IMG/VR virus record: IMGVR_UViG_3300035698_010479
Coordinates: 164,459 to 228,458 of that record
Length of the DNA: 64,000 nucleotides
Reading direction: 5' to 3' (one strand)
Shown: positions 28,301 to 31,962 of the stretch, in pieces
How positions within the stretch are numbered: position 1 is the stretch's first letter
Layout of the letters: each line of letters begins with the position of its first letter
The notes under the pieces: generated by a model
Databases searched by the model: none
Told to the model about the DNA's origin: nothing
What the model saw: only the letters and a program-made list of their open reading frames with translations
Translations under genes and position numbers: made by a program

Positions 28301-29732
28301 GACGATCACTTTTTACAAATTTACTTATATTATCATTAGAAAGTGATACTTGAAGGTCTGGTACTTTACCTAGCTTTGCAAAATCGTGTTCAATAGAAAG
28401 TACATCACTCTTCTTTGTCTTATCATTTGTTATAAAAGAAGATTCCTTTCTATCAAGAACGGAGTTCATAGAAACACGTGTACTCTCAAGTTCTGCTACT
28501 AGTTTTTCTAATCTACTTCTCTGAGCTTCAACACCAGTACGATTACTTTCTGGTAACTTAGAAGCCTCGGATCTGTCGGGTAAATTACTAAGTTCTTTAG
28601 TTTTGTTATATTGTTCCCGGCCTAAAGATCCCTTTACATAATCAAATCCACGTACTAATTTAGTTAGTTCTTCTTGAAGAGCCTTTATAGGTGTAGTAAT
28701 GATATCTAAAGATATTCCACTTTTATTTAGCTCGTTTATCTTACCTTGTAATTGTTCTAGTCTATTATATATACTTGGGATATCATCTCTAGCTATGTCA
28801 ATATTTAGCTTTATTACGTCTTGGTCAACAAGCTTATCTAATTTACTAGTAGCTTTTGTAGTATCCGCCTCTACAGTTATAGTAGTAGATTTATCTTTAA
28901 AAGTTTCTGTGATTGTCTTTTCTGCTTGGGCCGTATCAACAACAATATTCAGAGATATTTCTTGTTCAAGGCGATCACGAACCTGTTTTATGTTTGCATT
29001 TAAGCTCTTATCAATCATTGATAAGCTAGCAACAGCACCAATAGACTTATCATGGTCAATCTTAGCTAGTGGCGCTTTTATAGTTTTATAACTTTCTTTA
29101 GTATTAGATAACTTTGTAAGTAAACTTTCAAGCATAGTTATAAGTTTGCTTGAGTCAGGTGTTTCTTTATTACTCTCTGCTACAAACACCTTGGCCATAT
29201 TAGGTAGAACAGATAAATTCTTTGAAATAGCTGATAACTCTTGTACTACTTTAGTCATATCAGATATTTCTTTCTTAGATACAGTAGATGCGGCTGTTTT
29301 TACAGAACTGGTTACAGCCGTTTTTTCGTTGGAAACTTTATTAGCCTTAAAGAAGTTTTGAAGTTGTTCAGTAAGAATGGTTTTTACAGTAGCTGTTACC
29401 TCTTTCTGTATCTCTCTACTATTTACAGGAGTATCGCCTACAGAAGATTTATTGACTATATCTACAATAGCGTCTTTAACATCTCTGGCTAGAGACTTAG
29501 AAAAAGCTGAATTATCTTTAGATATACCTTTAGAATCTCCTGGCAAACTACTAGATATAGCTTTAGATATAGCCCCACTTAAAGTGCTTTCTAAAGTTTT
29601 CATAGAGGAGTTTATGGAACTTTCAATGGCGTTACTAATACCGGAAACATCAAAATCACTGTTAGTATTAGCGCCCTTGTTATTGTCAGAATATGATTGG
29701 ATCTTGATTATGTGCTCGCTTGTTCCAGCCAA
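7311..29732 (-). CDS. giant tail tape measure protein fused to a two-barrel (beta/beta-prime-like) RNA polymerase
   Basis: 7473 aa, TTG start with AGGAGG 8 nt upstream, sited between tail chaperones and tail-tip genes. TP901-type TMP core at aa ~3440-3760. RNAP motifs: FEDQILVS aa1235, GRKLTTRYGSKGV aa1336, GKKG aa2025, RFP aa2186, DYDGD aa2286. Confidence 0.92.
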   Translation of the reverse strand: MAGTSEHIIKIQSYSDNNKGANTNSDFDVSGISNAIESSINSSMKTLESTLSGAISKAISSSLPGDSKGISKDNSAFSKSLARDVKDAIVDIVNKSSVGDTPVNSREIQKEVTATVKTILTEQLQNFFKANKVSNEKTAVTSSVKTAASTVSKKEISDMTKVVQELSAISKNLSVLPNMAKVFVAESNKETPDSSKLITMLESLLTKLSNTKESYKTIKAPLAKIDHDKSIGAVASLSMIDKSLNANIKQVRDRLEQEISLNIVVDTAQAEKTITETFKDKSTTITVEADTTKATSKLDKLVDQDVIKLNIDIARDDIPSIYNRLEQLQGKINELNKSGISLDIITTPIKALQEELTKLVRGFDYVKGSLGREQYNKTKELSNLPDRSEASKLPESNRTGVEAQRSRLEKLVAELESTRVSMNSVLDRKESSFITNDKTKKSDVLSIEHDFAKLGKVPDLQVSLSNDNISKFVKSDRRVTTIQDSTAIGDLVKEVNNIVAIVGKGGTKQDNSKLIQAIDKNTTGQSSLASVVEKFKNDASKSNYSLTNAEKAVSVKYSEKFIQPNIKYAAPENTKNEYELKVYDNMSKLSVSLDKLQQTIYTKVSEGLRPQPGKRQFTDWKVVENEGTGSSHNKAFNLRGREWAMDVVDMKKLRSLTGKQEGTPKELLKTYSDKIATNLLRDKGQTPSTLKTEIAGWLKTNVKESGVQGLNPEVRTALGKDIIEQLSVPNIGSTSVDDIAKAFGKTSNDSLKDIFTKTVGFSDIQKTLSEVKRTIAIPAAKLTNTGSTVLETQHGSQRSTLQLAEYKSGHERAFEGYLKNATNLLHKLPKDKQEAYKENITPEILSLAKAARSVVVNTDPRDVVPDTANTFEDASRLLLKGVASKNGAAATKEDAASFYKKALIPISVEKQRITKGTSNELNATDEFSALSKRVDDSLKSTKSIDEFMTSMDALGLSATKVIKSLDSLNFSNVYDAIGRATTQDIDKIVGNIATSTGAIGDFEKTLSSLSGMMPIVEQNAPRRGMHQGDTVSAMFNYSKAHSIGAEGSKLLTPEGQTNFNEDVSKEEKKFNSSNESKKAFITNFNRRTNELFYEASKLEGIKDVSPDVAYRQSLLNTGTTKQLTSLGLPESPASSLETTPDSMNRSGRTVPMYTGNLREIAPFSLEYQQTGRNISGISSAKGFDTGLFGKAQGVTSEFPKLRSESEDKVIQSGRFGKSGIGYNVLAELRHTAGTFEDQILVSGKLADAATTAVRKLVRPKASSGTASAINEGPIKDSDIEEVTGNIMSIMGRDEKYKRRPDKAFISDVKNEVTTNRGASVEVQSAKLAELFLNHFGRKLTTRYGSKGVSTTPTSPSTLGDILAANKTSNVKVLAGDEQKKAGLGVAFMPKSMGELSADILGQQDDKTKERISISTGVNIDDLSQNLRESGNKFILDIFTDVEKGLVTETEAIKNKAVFDNAKKAFAALDMDLAQNIQGIDQIKNKHVGDKTVAKAIDVRISSYGAAKRGLQTEPLEMIANNLAGSEGNTVIKNTIDDKNTGLISGASGGSFSKYSKALGFSGSGKTDEELQSKITSMFSKEKLQDKSTQDAIKAMIELEKKSSYYVEVVDELNKRRKSLVGEKFLSIVEEPTQTEEWSKGAIDSLSKGIKLNIPAYAAYTSTFGEDSAFMKSLNENFTDKQAEHYDNILTYLVNTNDAYKTSVLASVKQIDIKDLKSVNKDATKTFNEGDPGSLLGTIFDTDKLPEAYKTVIPSTKGKDAPGEDLYIPRSISRTTYADPMQAGSYGIKKLGSKLQDVIDKSRSLESFYNKDSSMLLDTDITGMSGAFGSTTSNAMSSLFTKDFSKDSRGRSTGLENTDTAEAVTKVNAVKQDLLKLLNKLDDQGKLSTDEGSLNKSVQNFYNSKYNTGGRFDSAQGSESDFVKHLGTKEGFNSPTTLAAMKNMLIGTGMSGEADTSVLARATDSSTRLDVMSGISSALGDKDSMFSYGTGADKEEKYNNQVIKRQEGLERAKQSYQESLKRTLVGKKGSVARTFFTRNIPSVLAKATNATVDKTEDLMAFSETLRGIDGLDLTSEISKIDKLTAEHSDNVAKYKEIGMPVLKQHELGVSSKLAEKLRVNFTKKYDADKGFLLNGDKGNQVEGSLKDLLVYSDKLENTAKKVNGGDRAEDIKRYVNEELSPYIESVRFPFTGTSSLKPYKAKLVQTAGGIGDDSLMVPGTPEMDMGAFEEVYNSIKDKVKTLSIERESARDTGDDPKADELTNTIDRLNEAISAVLPKYVAHAQKLDYDGDQIELHTAKTSEARNDIYKHFKMLTEDIDSTAGKFGDFYSYDSKQPSQGDLPLSYMSQAFSKKFDSSKGYSFLDKPFTTEDLSYLNPKEKVGILASKEQDLNMTSGGESVSRVMRAIFDKAGAKFDDSSIKDIEDLGDASQAASLQLDTIKDINIKSLIEGHLKEELANMKLDTAVNAQLFKINTGTDTESMTKLMRAYESKRGFGEGEIALSDKTKSGKIDNDFVTRERNTQLNEFFRFTIQKGMDVKHAGERPIAGELVKGVTTGPSGLADLMQKLDKNKSYDDLKKFKNINEESLRNTFGKFSTQELKDQVAATGANIGNVSDMNRSDLTDTLVKNLGFDGFLRDLQSTIEQLAIKGIQAKSEKPMSAEVAYKILSKRYEPKDGNPPKGIDVSSMVTNINDPMYKFRTGGFQVDDTFDEQFKDGLDSVAKTFRSKGAYAELVKTFDSLGKEGVNQKDYSKASSLLYGTTSEQFALGKAPMGPIKELIGSMENTLGLAPISDRKQNSILTSPEHVAKLSDIPENAKSEEIDSISKYNDKLGDLEILRARMSRISEVSGYRKDPLPTAGRDISIGVTEDKDAIANASLGVFKTQESASVIPTITPQNQTGVEYNTNRGEEPPHPAFNTGVTGGNLPPSPPEGTKLAIPTTGGVIPVFIEGINASLVFPVKLLGQLIDSANLGNTGNSAYTTGAFKDDDSGIGNINQTVDKFKTTEEQRKSAAGRAQTLQPHEGTGPSVELSNLQLLRDASKSLYEARGMDFNNEAKKLTTEAQDYIEGAKDRGGIDVSEFLDFTKNARILNQQDPAQGMSGKDISTAWRLYKDAVVGYLMDKAEEAQIAYESVKGMGGNEEGKAYNRLESAVTAVQKKITDDTGKRSDIYTANKVWAFPDIAKAAGVYQAPVDIQRKSNRDLGDITDPDSDLLKKVFDDITGDLSGKNRGNITAPTDKARNAIKDLTEMNDESIALMSNGRLLERLGPEIAEAWNFEGAAERVTRLRSALELFKQFNVSDSPLSVESKNLETTIKLLKDAENKLSKVDMGRKTQPGGPGVWGDTGVVQVPKWADPEMQANLHKRNISKLREYYGKGNEEGGAKVGERYTYDAKVFDDSGKPIENQRVLFHKLSESVDTAGQTVGIFTAKQEDMAASLAGANRGFLGAIERAVKWGAASSLIYGGVDKLKEAVETVAEVEVGMARLKMVMPAKTTDFSGLQKSAVGMAKEYGTGTTGVIDAMVVYAQQGLSQSEVTDRTNTSMLAANVTTLKAKDATEALTAAMKVFRTEGDRSMRFLDSWSEVESKHAITAGDMAEAIKKSAAAASTAGITFDQLNGIVASIGSVTRQSGKEVGTSLRFIMRRLSSEKGPNELAKLNVPTITGAGELRGGFDILSGLAEKWKELNSAQKLTVAQAIGGTRQYNSLLVLMDNWQEALDGVQDSMNSQGSASRRNAELMQTYSKQVEQTKSASLELQLAFGKIAFPAAKFGLQGMRAMAETVSAIPASFKIASVAALGLFTYLSKGAKILDTISNFFSGGTPIVGNLIGSIKDELKTASFEIMGAGATDPSSRGLKTLVADQVEGRGQGKGIRDFESALGKAAYMLVSAGKSFNDTVGGGLQGTGKAGQGFGQSMVRGSSWLSAVVSSLGGGKYGKDEDVTYKDLAGGAASKYSKSEGVKGAFALGGMKGIGKVASSFLGVATEVAGLGGAAAGIFIDEFSKKLGAGGDIFKNWAKDNAGVIKSMAPMLLTLGLLTPAIKTLGAEFMKTTRSSKDFADSMYGAITKDETDLFSIRDTEKSTGDIKRKLKDVAKSEDPATADRQKYLGTYVNPLNALSSVQTDALKLGEKIARENTNMISGYDKLGNVILRTSDNYQTLLNTFERSKVRDLAAKDSSVAARHIEALTKTDGSETWKSELKDLTKEIPIIGELISNQISVAPAKSLEILTGKLNNLVAKKNASPMSTVYDDDIKNLQGKLAKIKDTFNVTYSEFKRSLSNIPTAGFGKDEVASIMGADELQAGYQLMIDVEPQFNVKGVKGKVTKEDVLGAEVMKRLFPESNNLGATKALSVANTETAGVSKREGKVLSGDLVTFTDDAAKGFNMAGQQAIVKLKETSDGIFEWVATYFNSKTLKIDERKFDNNMQDLVESILPTKVIEQDMSERIDALGTIITGASAGLVGLAKKGFKTDFNLGERFFSDISTSTIIQGDKGFNPTEGFGESPFQKGWADDFEKYYNKPLHEYKTSLEQLEKMHLDGLDTSSVEMSTGLYESLMKLQNILRNNQVVLQYRAVFADLTKTMEANTRAVKENIAVEKTRSPLSKETSGLLKGRDASLANVDLGKYNKADLSSQERLLIKSSKFEENSKKLKELEIRKSGKAEQMYTVERSKVALESIKNLSGGFGSTIGDKDFAKYTDIVAKTGDLGIAELKIDTSNTAENTAKTVDKLDEILNNLSDTAGSEAMQTSFMDALDFMLPSPNITKNERLSEALDRVASIRNEAASAGDVDKTTKANAALDNLTKQLVDRMGIVGATNKVNSGIFGSGDFKGEELIQRAFGGLDFKTLSSEMKANMPDEKSWFGLVTKKGTPTFDKTVEGVQSIQAENIAKSKESTILNSKNIAGAATGFGVYQAFNSNFSNKKIENYEKEIQDLKKRENEVGFIDYAPQMESLTTAKAAEEKKARMYGTMRYAAGGTSGGMLLARNLGMSEDNIKRIGAGGAALGVYGAAKLNQGMTGDDLPPLVKDFGKEVTIFAAAMKDDGIFSTLKQGKAASRFKDASEGFMKQFTEETLDLKVTPNKENDDRDAKYSAASKSFSNTKDNVVFDAEWKAKEFKRKVENPNADLRENTKESVNQGAQDLKDKLAELKEYVKTTSQDAIKSSADKMARGEEVNLKEEASKVYEGAKIKTGESYEDIKGKMSSAGEFTGKAADYAATASLGALDALVEALKNNTDAVNGSSESTPGNAAGGFIQKFSTGGTVKQIVPGTGDVQPSLLTAGEEVLTEEQRKKLKPVLDALKNGPPVMYADGGYVNDRLDKLKAFQATAETKGADIAASFGKKAGFNSEVTKMFLGDTLEKARYQATLLKGAVSDPLGYSKATGFGADTLDKLKAFQATAETKGADIAASFGKKAGFNSEVTKMFLGDAISNTKGTIGKYTAKAASKIGLKKIPGIGTVAAAGFAAERAAIGDYLGAGMEMASGLVSNIPGVGTAASFLIDGALMGKDFISSKAPNLEDIKNTKAGLQDKLSKMSKLKYSAIAAGSLGAYSLLNNEEESYASGGFISTGLKGLLKLTGTGVGLGIGAAASGLAEIGKILQNKNLVTGARKTTAAIKATATASPSAYEAFKKANPKMYEALATGTLGAAGGSLLYANLNEDEDIYDKYNDSLAGHAGGGTVGSGMIKGPGTGTSDSINMNDVPDGSFIVPSKYAQNAKEQIEFASGGSAKSDIRVSNGEYFISPEDASKIGETNLKKLQHGQKTSFANGGVVRGYTNGGEVSSLPASVVSLDQDSVNRFAQAAAAASAFTLSRYAAEKSADKTKATDLGNLAEGENTAIYDAILANSEAAQKVYDTTRNPMADGNNGAEVPTEEVSRIFDTAKEYNKALDDTAAIESSLISEHDKYNKEIATLKEEMRKADIAEKFLMQIEAMNKSIADANFAENFKNSLKLGTGAFEGFSGPKDLNIETKGVTDLNSMELYQLVQKRKEDQKGIYGPTDWAEDFKNFSLRVINSVNPEDSLNHKYRGQNVLKEYSALEDKKVGLTSRMNAGLQNRSQATDADELEKWDDFLKDIGKELENVTEKQDGYRVALHSVIKETDAAARTIENIKNKLATITSVRTDALYNVNNRGMGGRLRGATNDISLIPNSVDSISNTQYAHLQASAGMKDTMSQYKVNTNLYDGQLQKVKELEDTLNNLKLEDPQTSNNGYFGKGAQASIVSGDIVTKTLALAAAKKELEETGHALEVASMKMSNFMEATDAAKQFETAIVSVKTSMYAASMGASGLQSKLDSLYGGSSPFAPQQIDINQREDFARNGGGTLISGKSNQFDIEKAQYLKTMHGQSTSPQEWMQAKLGNANLPKKQEEYKQHEERLRSSQAIRDAIRPGQDYQAAIASSRIKIQERIADNNYTDFDTAGVSKNKESDRSAIVSLDNGYKKLNDLMNSLVDRGTPINEQDFNSMREVSSQTTESLGGASKDELKNALSSVSSNPVVSALNAQTDKIINTLLTSSQLVEALGVLKVDKSPTFMEELSKVGDILSRSFSDPTGLASGGTVGSIIRGAGTGTSDDISMAVPSGSYVIQAKYAQATKSRLNSFAKGGQVPINVSNGELLLTPEEVAKIGGTATADAFNSGRLPDDATIRSSWSKEDYNNHGFANEKDYSQQIGGLETPMIDPVDILSGFGSAALFKNVVSKATNVTTKSGLSGYLKEAQGIMGTNLDVSKYTKEIMNNKALLKEVMSKGQAIYGDSASLINIVTRTGPIGLKNMVDSIATKGFAKGGSVDEQEKLRKQLFDMYSKDAIVSYPSEPKQVYTTDVYKDNKGVWQNNTSLTPSNQNTSGVSLKERVAASLDNSTSSNNIINSEETTEQLINKISSLAKFRDSNSIDSRGLHLSLQDANLTHAVTPEEEEGKKQLTDEITKLGNISRGNTAYYENAMKEPTTKLIAKQIDATRAGASVNLPTKRWSDIKGLTVMNGTGKGTPFVADNLNKGPDALSELQKRVNLASADTPERKAYLSTLDDKGRESFFKSLSITDRNVKTLASAGGMAAVATNQKANFMMSEAFQHSSNFESFYLDKRKSDMAKLVDEKYGKGTFKKRSERNIDGLRTYNEQLNGFTTRAGNDPDFYKKYMQSMSGTIPEKMLIEIISRLTKQKQGEILTRGDNTKNNFLAGGDVNSNNLSRQVRHNGGVAHKSGSYFLEGGEVILDKNYFGNNTTQNNSASINTQAPAKQTVEIEGLDAFEKIVSNLEKSLNKLTNIKIEGIDKLTDIKIEGLSDLRDIKIEGLSDLKDIKIEGLSELKNIKIEGINDLHDIKITGIDSIRDIKVEGLEKLANIRIENIDQLKNISITGLENLRDIKILGLDELKDINVKTSSVGADMGDMFASTLKDFDSRVGNLEKSSADQISLIKTTVKDIVAELPVLDINQKSEIAGLKKDMLATSSEVSGLTSSIITLKQVLNVSINELKESQNNAMTHIYSIKRV
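7659..7988 (-). repeat. 10 tandem 33-bp (11-aa) units, consensus IKIEGL.DL.D, near the TMP C-terminus
   Basis: Read directly: IKIEGIDKLTD IKIEGLSDLRD IKIEGLSDLKD IKIEGLSELKN IKIEGINDLHD ... IKILGLDELKD. Confidence 0.9.
13473..13802. repeat. perfect 117-bp direct repeat (13473-13589 and 13686-13802), in frame inside the TMP
   Basis: Base-by-base identical; both copies encode DKLKAFQATAETKGADIAASFGKKAGFNSEVTKMFLGD; offset 213 bp. Confidence 0.92.
18500..19420 (-). other. tape-measure core domain (PhageMin_Tail/TP901-like); boundaries approximate
   Basis: GMAKEYG..TTGVIDAMVVYAQQG...SMLAANV...ATEALTAAM...LDSWSEV..KHAITAGDMAEAIKK.AAAA..AGITFDQLNG...SGKEVGTSLRFIMRRL is the typical TMP core pattern. 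Confidence 0.88.
22000..26400 (-). other. embedded RNA polymerase module (beta-like DPBB then beta-prime-like DPBB); boundaries approximate
   Basis: Collinear counterparts of RpoB and RpoC conserved blocks; catalytic DYDGD at 22863-22877. Confidence 0.88.
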
Positions 29733-29736
29733 TAGT

Positions 29737-30753
29737 TTACCCTCCTGAGGTTCTTTTCTTGATATCTGTTCTATCTTTTATTTTCTGAGCTTCTTTCGGT
29801 TTATCATACTTTATATCATAGTAAAGCTCATTTGACTGAGTAATAATTACTTCCTCGGAATCAAATGCAGATAATGAGCCTTTATTCTTATTTTTTTTAT
29901 TCTTGTCTCTCTGTATAGAAGATTCATTATTCATGTCTTTATAATAATCATCCATAAATTTATCTAAAGCTTCGTCATCCTCTATAACTGCATCGGGTGG
30001 TCTATCAGAAGACATCATGGAATAAATTTGCTCGTAATAATTTGACCAGTATATTAGATTTAACTGGTCTGTTGTATAGTCTACTAAAGGTACTCCAAAT
30101 AAAACTTCGGATGTCTTTAAACTAGATGTATATCTTATTCTCCATAAGTTACTTCTAGCTATAAATCTTATTGTAGCACTGTCTAAACCACGCATAAAAT
30201 CCATGAAAGCCGAAAAAATTTCGTTCTTATCATCGGTGTTTCTATCCATTAAAAAAGCATCGTAAGAGTACCAATACTTGGATTTATCCTCTGTGTAGAC
30301 ACATTCACTACATATAAAACCGTACATATCTTCTTCTGCCTTATTATCCGCAGACATATATAATTTAGAATATTTTTTTGCTAATATATTAGATAAATCC
30401 GCTTTTATTTCAGAAATAGTTTTTTTAATTCTATCTTGATTAGCTCTAACTTTTAAAGTTTTAGCTAGAAGGACTTCTTGACCCTCTAAGCGAGATCGTA
30501 GTTTGGCAACTGCGTTTTCATCATCCCTTGAAAAAATACCCCTAGAGATAATTAATTCCTCTAATGCTTTTTTAGGAAGGAGTCCATCACTAATGGCTTT
30601 TTTGTATGATTTATCCCAAAGCAGTTTAGATTTTATTTTTAAAAAATTATTAGGATATTGTAAATAAAGTAGTTCATTATTTATATATACTAAACATTTA
30701 CCTAAAGCTATTTTACGGATAAGTAAATCTGTGTCTTCATATGATATTTCCAT
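29737..30753 (-). CDS. tail assembly chaperone, long form (GT-like)
   Basis: 338 aa, helical, directly upstream of the TMP; its N-terminal part resembles the 30808 ORF. Confidence 0.65.
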   Translation of the reverse strand: MEISYEDTDLLIRKIALGKCLVYINNELLYLQYPNNFLKIKSKLLWDKSYKKAISDGLLPKKALEELIISRGIFSRDDENAVAKLRSRLEGQEVLLAKTLKVRANQDRIKKTISEIKADLSNILAKKYSKLYMSADNKAEEDMYGFICSECVYTEDKSKYWYSYDAFLMDRNTDDKNEIFSAFMDFMRGLDSATIRFIARSNLWRIRYTSSLKTSEVLFGVPLVDYTTDQLNLIYWSNYYEQIYSMMSSDRPPDAVIEDDEALDKFMDDYYKDMNNESSIQRDKNKKNKNKGSLSAFDSEEVIITQSNELYYDIKYDKPKEAQKIKDRTDIKKRTSGG

Positions 30754-30764
30754 AATAACTATAA

Positions 30765-30793
30765 TGTAGGTACTAAAATTATTAGTACCTACA
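30765..30793. terminator. 12-bp stem hairpin between the two chaperone genes
   Basis: TGTAGGTACTAA-aatta-TTAGTACCTACA; no strong U-tract. Confidence 0.45.
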
Positions 30794-30807
30794 GTAGTAT
30801 AGATTAA

Positions 30808-31566
30808 TTATTCAGATTTTTTACCCTTTTTTATAACTTTCTTAGTGTCATCTATAGGAAGATCTTCTAGCATAACATTTTCTTCGTTTGTATTCACGGA
30901 TGTATCCTCTTCATCAACAACAAGAGAAGCTAAGTCTTTTGCTATCTGAATTGATGCTTCTTCTTGTAACTCACGCATAGCAACTGCTTCTGGGGTGTTC
31001 TCTAAAAACTTACTATCTAGGCCTTGTAGGTATAGCATTGCCTCAAAACGGGATTGCTGCGCAAGTGATTGCTCTTTCTCTGTAAGATAATCCTCGAATT
31101 TTTCCCATAGACGATTGCCTTCCGAATCAATTATTAACCTAGAAGTAAGATATTCAAGTCTAGAGTCATCTGCCATCTGCTCACAAGTATTACCTAGAGG
31201 TGCTGAAAGACGCTGGTTCCATTGGAACAGTTCATCTCTAGCCATAGCTACACGGTAGGCAAGTTCAGATTTTTCTTCGGAATTTTTTGCATTTTGTAGA
31301 GCCTCTATTTTAGCTGCTAATTCTGCTGCTAACTCATTTGACCTTTTTTCAAACTCCGGTCCGATAATACCCCTGCGCATAAGAATATCAGTCATCTCTG
31401 CAGTAGTTGTTATACCGTTTACAAGGCTTTTGGTGTAGGATTTACTGTATTCCCAATCAGCTCCTCTAATATCTTCCGCTGTTGGTGGTACTATAAAATA
31501 TGTGGTATCTTTCTTTACATTTAAAAAACTTCTTAGTCCTTCAGTACTAAATGTTTTACTTTCCAT
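30808..31566 (-). CDS. tail assembly chaperone, short form (G-like)
   Basis: Start revised from 31608 to the ATG at 31566 (AAGGAG RBS); 252 aa, helical with an acidic C-terminus; lies between tail tube and TMP. Confidence 0.65.
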   Translation of the reverse strand: MESKTFSTEGLRSFLNVKKDTTYFIVPPTAEDIRGADWEYSKSYTKSLVNGITTTAEMTDILMRRGIIGPEFEKRSNELAAELAAKIEALQNAKNSEEKSELAYRVAMARDELFQWNQRLSAPLGNTCEQMADDSRLEYLTSRLIIDSEGNRLWEKFEDYLTEKEQSLAQQSRFEAMLYLQGLDSKFLENTPEAVAMRELQEEASIQIAKDLASLVVDEEDTSVNTNEENVMLEDLPIDDTKKVIKKGKKSE

Positions 31567-31576
31567 AACCGTCTCC

Positions 31577-31819
31577 TTACTTATTTTTAATTTCAATGAT
31601 ATCATCACTCATATCTAGGTGTTTTACATCATAACAGTCCAATTCAGATATAATAGTCCTTATACAATCGTTACCTATACGTAGTATCCTACCTCTAAGA
31701 ATTTTAAACGTATTGGTGTCCGAAACTGCAATAGATGTATAGTCTAAAACAGATTCAAATAATTTGGTCACTTCTTTTTTAATTAAAGCATCCAATTGTT
31801 TTTTATCAACCTCTCCCAT
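31577..31819 (-). CDS. hypothetical protein
   Basis: 80 aa, AGGAGG RBS. Confidence 0.65.
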   Translation of the reverse strand: MGEVDKKQLDALIKKEVTKLFESVLDYTSIAVSDTNTFKILRGRILRIGNDCIRTIISELDCYDVKHLDMSDDIIEIKNK

Positions 31820-31892
31820 CTCTACCTCCTTTTAAAAAACTCCTTTTAAAAACTTACTTTAAGCCTACTATTATATAGTCAGTTAATTAAAT

Positions 31893-31930
31893 AAAAAAAA
31901 ATGGTACTCATGAAAAATCACGAGTACCAT
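31893..31930 (-). terminator. intrinsic terminator after the tail tube gene
   Basis: ATGGTACTC...GAGTACCAT stem followed by a 9-U tract on the minus strand. Confidence 0.8.
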
Positions 31931-31962
31931 TATAACTACTTTAGAAATTTAAAACTTACTTA

